A stretch of 63,834 bases of DNA. Source: Lachnospiraceae bacterium. Its GTDB lineage: Bacteria > Bacillota > Clostridia > Lachnospirales > Lachnospiraceae. A program made the position numbers and the translations under genes. The notes under the pieces were generated by a model. It was given only the letters and a program-made list of their open reading frames with translations, was not told the origin of the DNA and searched no databases. Shown here piece after piece: positions 57,274 to 63,834 of this stretch. The DNA is taken from the NCBI GenBank assembly GCA_045604025.1, contig JAZUNG010000027.1, positions 1 to 63,834 of the forward strand, in the 5' to 3' direction. Position 1 is the stretch's first letter. Every line of letters starts with the position of its first letter.

Positions 57274-58368
57274 CTATCCGTTTCTGCGGCGTTTTCTGAT
57301 CGCTCCTCTGACGATGAAGAAGATGATCAGGAAGACGACCACATGTATGACAATGATGAACAGGATCCATGTCCAGCCTTCTGCGAAGAAGACAGCCAGG
57401 TTTTCCATAGCCTCTCCGAAATCTTTCAGGCCCTGGTTGAATGCCTTTGAGATCCGCTCACCGAATGTCAGAGGCGCGGGAGAGACGTCGACTACTTCAT
57501 AGACCTCTTTTAGATTGATCGAGATAGTAGAGTAGGTAACCTTTGAATCATAGCTGTTCAGCTGTCCCTGATAATAGTCTATCTCCCACTCGGTTTCGGA
57601 AATAGCTTCTTCGATAGTGATGATATCTGCCATTTCCTCGGCCGTAGCCATGAGCTCCTGCAGTCTTTTCAGTTTGGTCTTGGCGGTCTCCAGTCTGGAC
57701 TGTATGTCATAGTAGGATTCACTCACGTCATCAGCGCTCTGATACTGATATGTGATGGTTCCACTGCCTGCAAGACTCCGGATAAAGCTCTCATACTGCT
57801 CTTTCGGGATGCGGATGCTGAAGATCGCGGTCCTGTATTTACCTGCATTATCTGCGATGTTTTTATTCTCATAATATCCGCCGAACTGATCCACCAGTGC
57901 ATTAATATCTTCCAAGCACTTGTCGAATTCAGTAGACTCCATACCTATATCCGCTGTGTAGATGATCTTGGCGTTTGATGCGGCCTCTCCCTCGGACGGT
58001 ACTTCATATGAATTCTTTCCCTCTTCATACTCGGGAGCCATCTCGGGAGCCATGGGTCCGGCAGCCTCAGACATTTCACCATCCAGTGCATAACCGCCAT
58101 ATCCGCCTCCGGCAGCATAGCCGGAATAGTTAGGTGAGGCACCGGTTTCCGATATAACTATAGAGTTGTCAGCGGACTTGGCTCCTCTGGAGCTGATCAC
58201 TGCAGCGGCTATACCGATGGATGCTGACAGCGCTATCACGCAGCAGGCTGCGATGGCTATGCCCTTCCATACACGGAGGGACCTTTTCTGCCTTCTGTAA
58301 GCGGCAGCTTCTTCTATATATTTATCATTTACGTTTGTCAGCGCATTCTGGAAATCTGTAGCTTTCAT
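57274..58368 (-). CDS. anti-sigma-like membrane protein with a DUF4349 domain
   Basis: Short cytoplasmic N-terminus, a TM helix (GIAIAACCVIALSASIGIAAAVI), an extracytoplasmic domain with a coiled coil (RLETAKTKLKRLQELM) and a C-terminal TM helix. It overlaps the sigma gene by 4 nt. Confidence 0.65.
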   Translation of the reverse strand: MKATDFQNALTNVNDKYIEEAAAYRRQKRSLRVWKGIAIAACCVIALSASIGIAAAVISSRGAKSADNSIVISETGASPNYSGYAAGGGYGGYALDGEMSEAAGPMAPEMAPEYEEGKNSYEVPSEGEAASNAKIIYTADIGMESTEFDKCLEDINALVDQFGGYYENKNIADNAGKYRTAIFSIRIPKEQYESFIRSLAGSGTITYQYQSADDVSESYYDIQSRLETAKTKLKRLQELMATAEEMADIITIEEAISETEWEIDYYQGQLNSYDSKVTYSTISINLKEVYEVVDVSPAPLTFGERISKAFNQGLKDFGEAMENLAVFFAEGWTWILFIIVIHVVVFLIIFFIVRGAIRKRRRNG

Positions 58369-58922
58369 ACTGAATATCCTCTCTCTTTAAGATATGCTTT
58401 AAGTCTGTTCCTTATGCGTGTGAGTCTGACCGAAACGTTTTTTTCAGTCAGGCCGGTCAGGATAGCGATGTCTGAATAAGGATCCGAGAAATAATATCTG
58501 CGCATGAATATTATCCTGTCTTCCCTGTTCAGAGTGCCCAGAAAACGGTCGATATCTTCTTCCAGAGCTCGGGCTTCCACTTCGGCTTCCACGCCTGATG
58601 GAGACGCTATGCAGTCTTCCAGCTCCTCGAGAGCGGTATCGAAATGACTGTTTCTTTTGGCTGCTGTGTTGTAATCGTAGCGTTTCAGGGCATGGTTTCT
58701 GACCACCTTACACACATAAGCGATCAAAGAGTCGGGACGGTTTGGAGGTATACTTCCCCAGATGCCCAGCAGAGCGTCATTTACCGTCTCTTCGGCATCT
58801 TCAGGGTTGTTCAATATGTTCATTGCGATCCTTTTGCACAGTTTGCCGTATTTTTCAGTCAGCTGGGCAATAGCAGTTTCAGATCTTTCGAAAAACAGGC
58901 CTATGATCTTACTGTCATCCAT
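58365..58922 (-). CDS. ECF-type sigma-70 family RNA polymerase sigma factor
   Basis: 185 aa with region 2 (DAEETVNDALLGIW) and region 4 (IAILTGLTEKNVSVRLTRIRNRLK). Confidence 0.85.
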   Translation of the reverse strand: MDDSKIIGLFFERSETAIAQLTEKYGKLCKRIAMNILNNPEDAEETVNDALLGIWGSIPPNRPDSLIAYVCKVVRNHALKRYDYNTAAKRNSHFDTALEELEDCIASPSGVEAEVEARALEEDIDRFLGTLNREDRIIFMRRYYFSDPYSDIAILTGLTEKNVSVRLTRIRNRLKAYLKERGYSV

Positions 58923-59082
58923 ATCTGTTTCCTCCCGTCTTAACTATACACTACGGTTTGAATGAAAAAAACTACAAACTTTTTGAAGAATTGTTGAAAA
59001 AATGGAATGAATTTGAAAAATTTAATCAAGATAAAAAAAGAGGAATATGTTAGAATGGCAAAAAGTTTTTAAAGAGGTGCTT

Positions 59083-60027
59083 ATGGATATTTCAAGATTT
59101 ACCGAATACAGAGACAAAGTAGTAGACAACTGCAGCAAGGTCATTGTAGGCAAGGATGACATCATCAAACTGGTGCTGACATCATTTATCTGCTCCGGAC
59201 ATGTCCTTCTCGAAGATGTTCCCGGAACCGGAAAGACCATGCTGCTCAGAGCGTTCGCAAAAACCATCGGCGGAGATTTTAAGAGGATACAGTTCACACC
59301 CGACCTGCTCCCTTCGGATCTGACCGGTATCAACTATTACAACCAGAAGTCAGGCGAGTTCGAATTCAGACCCGGCCCGCTCTTTACCAATATCGTCCTT
59401 GCTGACGAGATCAACCGTGCCACTCCGAGAACTCAGTCATCACTTCTTGAGGCAATGGAGGAGAGACAGATCACGGTAGACGGAGTGACCGCGAAGCTGG
59501 AAGAGCCGTTCATGGTCATGGCAACCCAGAACCCTATCGAGTCATTCGGAACATTCCCCCTGCCCGACGCGCAGCTGGACAGATTCTTCATGCGCCTTTC
59601 ACTGGGATATATGGAGAGAGAACAGGAGATGGCAGTCATAGCCAGAAAATCTACGCTGGCTCTGGTCGAATCTCTTGAACGCAGGGTGACGGATGAGGAC
59701 ACTGCTTTCGTACGCAGCGAGTATGTAAATGTCAAAGTGACCGATGAAGTCTGCGGATACATGATGGATATCATCGAGGCCACCAGGAAGAAGGGTGTAT
59801 TCTCATTGGGTGTATCTACCAGAGGTGCCATGGCCCTGTACAAGGCAGCGCAGGCTACAGCAGCTCTTTCAGAGCGTGATTATGTCATCCCCGAGGATGT
59901 CAAGTATGTAGCCCCATTCGTACTGTGCCACCGTATCAGAGCCGGCAGAAGTGACGGTTCCGATATTGATATGTTTAAGAGAAATGTCCTCGACAACGTG
60001 GCCGTTCCCAGAGAAAACGCAGAGTAA
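59083..60027 (+). CDS. MoxR-family AAA+ ATPase
   Basis: VLLEDVPGTGKTMLLRAFA, VLADEINRATPRTQSSLLEAMEE, QNPIE..GTFPLPDAQLDRF. Confidence 0.9.
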   Translation: MDISRFTEYRDKVVDNCSKVIVGKDDIIKLVLTSFICSGHVLLEDVPGTGKTMLLRAFAKTIGGDFKRIQFTPDLLPSDLTGINYYNQKSGEFEFRPGPLFTNIVLADEINRATPRTQSSLLEAMEERQITVDGVTAKLEEPFMVMATQNPIESFGTFPLPDAQLDRFFMRLSLGYMEREQEMAVIARKSTLALVESLERRVTDEDTAFVRSEYVNVKVTDEVCGYMMDIIEATRKKGVFSLGVSTRGAMALYKAAQATAALSERDYVIPEDVKYVAPFVLCHRIRAGRSDGSDIDMFKRNVLDNVAVPRENAE

Positions 60028-60034
60028 TATATAG

Positions 60035-61135
60035 ATGAAGATATTTATCATTGTCGTAGCGGTGATAGTAGTCCTGCTGATCCAGTTCATACTGGAGCGG
60101 AGAGCAAAGGGCGGCATCACTGCAGATATCAATCCGGAGACTACTGCGGTAGAACCCGGACAGAAGGTCAGGCTGACACTTAAGATTACCAATACCACTA
60201 TCCTGGTGCGTCCTTTTGTCCGCTATGCGGTACTCCTCCCGGACAGTATGCATCTGGTCTCAGAGCATGAGACCCAGACGGCGCCTCCTGATGCCTACAG
60301 GGTCATGGGGTCTGCTTTCCTGCTGCCCAGACAGACCATCGAAAGATATATCGATATAGAGATCACACGCCGCGGATACTATCGTTTCGGAAGCGTCAAT
60401 ATCGAGACCGGAGATTTTCTGGGATTCAAAGAGCACAGACAGGAATATATATTCTTCAGGTATATTTCCGTATACCCTGTCAGGATAGGCAGCGCAGAGT
60501 GCGAGGCCCAGGTCGGCGGTATCATCGGGGACTATTCGGTCAGAAGGTTCATATTTGAAGATCCGGTCCTGATCACTGGATTCAGGGAATACACCGGCAG
60601 AGAGCCCATGAAGGCTATCTCCTGGACACATAGTGCCAGGAGCGGTGAACTGATGGTCCGCAATTATGACCATACCGCCCAGATGTCGGTTTCCATAGTA
60701 CTGGATACGGACGGAGCAGAGGGCGATGTAGTCGAGCCTTGCTTTTCCGTGGCCAGAGAGGTTATCGAGCAGCTGAAGGAAAAGAACATAGAATACGATT
60801 TCTTCCTGAATGCCAGCATAGGCGGTGCGGGCAGCAGCCGTCATTACTATGCGAAAGGCATGGGAGACCGTCACTATACAGGCATACTCTTCCAGCTGGC
60901 AAATGCGCTGGATATCACCAGCTATTCCGCCGAGGAGCTGGCATACAGAGTCGCCGAAAAGCCAGGTGATGTCACAGGAGTTATCCTGATCACACCGTGG
61001 CGCGGCGAGAGAGCCGACCATCTGGTCAGCATTCTGTCAAAAAGGCCCATGACTCAGGTCAGAGTCATGTACGGCGAAGACTATGCAGAGACAACAGAAG
61101 ACGCCTACGACGCATATGAAAGGGAGGTAAGCTGA
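60035..61135 (+). CDS. DUF58 family protein (VWA-like partner of MoxR)
   Basis: N-terminal TM helix and the DUF58 core (FREYTGREPMKAISW). Position is directly after moxR. Confidence 0.75.
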   Translation: MKIFIIVVAVIVVLLIQFILERRAKGGITADINPETTAVEPGQKVRLTLKITNTTILVRPFVRYAVLLPDSMHLVSEHETQTAPPDAYRVMGSAFLLPRQTIERYIDIEITRRGYYRFGSVNIETGDFLGFKEHRQEYIFFRYISVYPVRIGSAECEAQVGGIIGDYSVRRFIFEDPVLITGFREYTGREPMKAISWTHSARSGELMVRNYDHTAQMSVSIVLDTDGAEGDVVEPCFSVAREVIEQLKEKNIEYDFFLNASIGGAGSSRHYYAKGMGDRHYTGILFQLANALDITSYSAEELAYRVAEKPGDVTGVILITPWRGERADHLVSILSKRPMTQVRVMYGEDYAETTEDAYDAYEREVS

Positions 61136-62373
61136 TGCCTGTAATGGTATTTCTTAAATTCGCATCAGAAGCCGCCCTGCTGCTGACCGCAGGCGGAGCG
61201 ATGGCCTTCCATTTTGGTGCAGGTGTATGGCAGATCGTAGTCACACTGATAGTGATCGGTCTTACAGAAGTGCTGTCGTATCTTATCTACACGAAGACAG
61301 GCGATGAGAGCAGGGCAGGACGGTTCCTCAGAGTGCTGGTAATGATCATACCATTTGTTTGTATACTGCTGCCCGGATTCAGTATCGCTTGGGCCGTACT
61401 GTGCGGCGTCATCTGGCTGTACGCGGTATTCCTGGCAGTTACCGCCAGATATATGTCAGAATCCGACCATTTCAAGACAGTGTTCAAGATTGCCATCGGA
61501 CTGACGGTAGGCGTGGTGATCATATTGCTGTTCGCATCTGCTACAGAAACATCGTTCTCGCTGACCATATTCTCGGGAATGGTATCTCTGGCGTGCTCCA
61601 TCCTGCTGATGAGATCGCTGAGACATGACATCTCGGTTTATTCAAGCGCATCGTTCCAGCTGATCAATGTGGGACTGGTGGCAGCAGTAGCTGCGGTCAT
61701 ACTCCTCCTCAGCAGCAATGTCGTGATCAGCAGCATACTGAGCGTCATCAAGACCGTATATACCTTCATTGCCGAGATCGCCCTGAAGGTGATCATGTGG
61801 CTTGTAGAGGGCATAGGCAAGTTCATCGAATGGCTGAAGACGATCATGACATTCCATGAGATCCCCCAGCAGGAACGAGAGGTTATTGAGCTCAATACCG
61901 ACAGCGGTGCAGGCGCATTCGGATATGAGGATGAGTATGTCGGCACTCCTCTGGGAGTGAAGATAGCAGTGATCGCGATCGCTGCGCTGGTGGTTGCATT
62001 CCTTCTGTTCCTTATCTTCAGATATATCGCAGGACAGAGAGCAGCCAGACAGAAGGGCGAGGCAGCAGGTGTATCAGACAGAGGGCCTCTTCGTCCCAGA
62101 CAGAGACGTGCAGAAGATGAACAGTCAGAGGTCCGCGGAGTCAGAAAGCAGTACAAACGTTATCTGCATTTCCTGAGGAAGGAGGGTATGTATATAGATC
62201 CTTCCGATACATCGGCGGATATTGTCCGAACGTCGCCTGAGCCATATCAGAGTCAAGAGGCAATAGAACTCAGAGGTCTGTATCTGGAGGCCAGATATAA
62301 CAACAGGGCGGACGAGCGTGCAGCCGACCGGGCGAAAGAATTGGTAAGGATAATAAGAAAAGGCGAGGCATGA
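61135..62373 (+). CDS. multi-pass membrane protein with a C-terminal DUF4129-like domain
   Basis: At least six TM helices. The C-terminus has RKQYKRYLHFLRKEG...DTSADI...LRGLYLEARY. Third gene of the MoxR operon. Confidence 0.6.
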   Translation: MPVMVFLKFASEAALLLTAGGAMAFHFGAGVWQIVVTLIVIGLTEVLSYLIYTKTGDESRAGRFLRVLVMIIPFVCILLPGFSIAWAVLCGVIWLYAVFLAVTARYMSESDHFKTVFKIAIGLTVGVVIILLFASATETSFSLTIFSGMVSLACSILLMRSLRHDISVYSSASFQLINVGLVAAVAAVILLLSSNVVISSILSVIKTVYTFIAEIALKVIMWLVEGIGKFIEWLKTIMTFHEIPQQEREVIELNTDSGAGAFGYEDEYVGTPLGVKIAVIAIAALVVAFLLFLIFRYIAGQRAARQKGEAAGVSDRGPLRPRQRRAEDEQSEVRGVRKQYKRYLHFLRKEGMYIDPSDTSADIVRTSPEPYQSQEAIELRGLYLEARYNNRADERAADRAKELVRIIRKGEA

Positions 62374-62405
62374 AGCCTCGCCTCGTTATTTGCATTAACT
62401 GTCTG

Positions 62406-62981
62406 TCAGAAATTCTCCGGAGGCAGCCTGTCATATTCGGTATTTGATTCAAGCCTCCACATGATAAACATCTCGGCTACCGGCACCAGGTATGCCAGGT
62501 TCCACGGAATGTAGATCGCAGAAAAGCTCCCACCGTAGATAAATGTGGTTATGATCGCAGTTACGAATACACAAGCGCTGACAGCCAGGCAGATCAGATG
62601 GGCAATGATGAAGTTCGTGTGCGCGCCTTTGTATGATCTGATTTCCATCTTGTACGGAGCGGTCAGGTATCTGAACAGATAAACCGCTGATGTGATCATG
62701 ACCAGGATATCGAGGCACTGCAGCACGCCCATCATCCGGGTACGGTTCATCGGTATGCTCATTGCGATACCTGCGATGATCTGAACTGCAGCCGATACCA
62801 GAAACAGAACTCCGTAGAAGATCTTCCTGATGGTAAATGTCCGCGGCTCGATCTGGGGACTGTAGTAGTCGCCAACATAGACAAACCGGGGTTTGCTCTG
62901 GCCGTTCATGTCGAAGTTCGAGCGCTGCTCGTAACCTTCAAAATATCTGTTGAATCTGTCTTTCCTGTTTAAAAATGACAT
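62406..62981 (-). CDS. membrane protein, unknown function
   Basis: 191 aa with four TM segments after a basic or aromatic N-terminus. 2-nt gap to the upstream PAP2 gene. Confidence 0.55.
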   Translation of the reverse strand: MSFLNRKDRFNRYFEGYEQRSNFDMNGQSKPRFVYVGDYYSPQIEPRTFTIRKIFYGVLFLVSAAVQIIAGIAMSIPMNRTRMMGVLQCLDILVMITSAVYLFRYLTAPYKMEIRSYKGAHTNFIIAHLICLAVSACVFVTAIITTFIYGGSFSAIYIPWNLAYLVPVAEMFIMWRLESNTEYDRLPPENF

Positions 62982-62983
62982 AA

Positions 62984-63834
62984 TTAATTGCCTGTGAGTT
63001 CCTTCCAGTGGATCTTGCAGTAATACTCTCCGTCGATGGCAGGATATTTGTCATCCGTACGGGCCTCGTTCTGACAGTCGTAATCACCGTCATATGCGCA
63101 GCGGACAGCATCCTCGCCGCCGCTGGTGATGATCTGTTTGAATGACAGACCGAACATGCACAGCCATACCAGGATCAGCATAAAGACAACACCACCACGC
63201 AGGCCCTTCTTCATATTGGCCTGGGCTTCGGGAGTGCGGTCCTTCCTGAATATCCGGCACACGGCCTTGCTGAGGAAATATCCGATCACACCTGCGATGA
63301 TACCGATGATAAATCCAGCCAGGATATCGGTAGCATAGTGGACCATCAGATACACTCTGGACGCTCCGACCAGAATGGCAACTACAGGGAAGACCCAGGC
63401 AAAGGCCTTAGCACTCTTTCGTTTTGATGATGCATGACAGAGCATCAGGGCGATGGCTATCTCGGTAGCGCCTGTGGTGTGTCCTGAAGGGAAGCAGTAG
63501 TCAGACTCGGACAGCATGCCTGCTCCGACATACCAGTTCCAGTATGCGGCATTACCCTGCAGAGTATTGTAAGGACGGATCCTGAGAGCCCATGGTTTGA
63601 TCAGGATATTGGTAAAGAGAGTTCCTACGATAACTGCAAAAACGATCGCGAAACCTACCTTGCGTGTGCGTCTGAAGAAACACAGGATCAGTCCGAGCGC
63701 AGCGAACATCGCTATGTACATGGTCGATCCCATGGCTGTGAATGCCTTGGCAATGAGCGTCAGGATATCATTCTGAAAGCTTCCGAAGAACTGGAAAATG
63801 CTGAAGTCAAATCCTGAAAACCACGCGTCCAGTT
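62984..63834 (-). CDS. PAP2-family phosphatase (5' end lies beyond the right edge of the window)
   Basis: PSGHT and SRVYLMVHYATD motifs. The frame stays open upstream of the tracked Met (…LDAWFSGFDFSIFQFFGSFQNDILTLIAKAFTAMGST…) to position 63834. There is also a Cys-rich C-terminal tail. Confidence 0.8.
   Translation of the reverse strand, partial: LDAWFSGFDFSIFQFFGSFQNDILTLIAKAFTAMGSTMYIAMFAALGLILCFFRRTRKVGFAIVFAVIVGTLFTNILIKPWALRIRPYNTLQGNAAYWNWYVGAGMLSESDYCFPSGHTTGATEIAIALMLCHASSKRKSAKAFAWVFPVVAILVGASRVYLMVHYATDILAGFIIGIIAGVIGYFLSKAVCRIFRKDRTPEAQANMKKGLRGGVVFMLILVWLCMFGLSFKQIITSGGEDAVRCAYDGDYDCQNEARTDDKYPAIDGEYYCKIHWKELTGN

Noticed and set aside
55112-58922. An integrative element or prophage remnant inserted at tRNA-Ala.
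   Set aside because: I found no integrase, excisionase or phage genes, and no downstream direct repeat of the tRNA 3' end. It is reported only as a recombination patchwork.

Overview
This is a 63.8-kb chromosomal segment. Gene content points to a Clostridia-class Firmicute, possibly Lachnospiraceae-like: tilS-hpt-ftsH, yabO-divIC, DnaD/DnaC-type helicase loaders and an [FeFe] hydrogenase, with GC near 50%. I count about 60 protein genes and one tRNA-Ala(GGC). I see no rRNA, CRISPR array, transposase or integrase. Left part (1-8.4 kb, minus strand): branched-chain amino-acid genes leuA | small Ile/Val-rich ORF | ilvB-ilvN-ilvC | ilvD | leuB, with short leaders and no T-box. Middle part: housekeeping genes (xth, prs, dnaD/dnaC-like, murC, pth, mfd, nth, Lrp plus aminotransferase, trmL, hup, tilS-hpt-ftsH). 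It continues with a co-directional SOS/repair block (LexA box, Y-family polymerase, YolD, uvrB, orphan ORF, uvrA), a GltD-like/[FeFe]-hydrogenase pair and ilvA. Right part (44-64 kb): envelope genes (phosphodiester glycosidase, GH25 lysozyme, Wzz-like, LCP, PAP2), an ECF sigma/DUF4349 pair and a classical MoxR-DUF58-DUF4129 operon. It also holds the best candidate for an undescribed system: a tight cytoplasmic three-gene operon (48719-53065, minus strand) encoding a DUF2201 VWA/metallopeptidase-like protein with degenerate motifs, a signal-less BspA-type LRR protein and an AAA+ ATPase. Other points worth a second look: covarying hairpin repeats in the ilv intercistronic gaps, the Ile/Val-rich leader-like ORF with a terminator before ilvB, and a DnaA-box cluster that the murC reading frame runs through (apparent stop loss). 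Also notable are a recurrent AATACGTATT palindrome at three intergenic sites, a 3 x 63-bp hairpin tandem repeat, an in-frame TAA splitting the hydrogenase-linked GltD-like gene, and a patchwork region next to the tRNA. All calls come from reading the sequence and from remembered family motifs. No database search was run.
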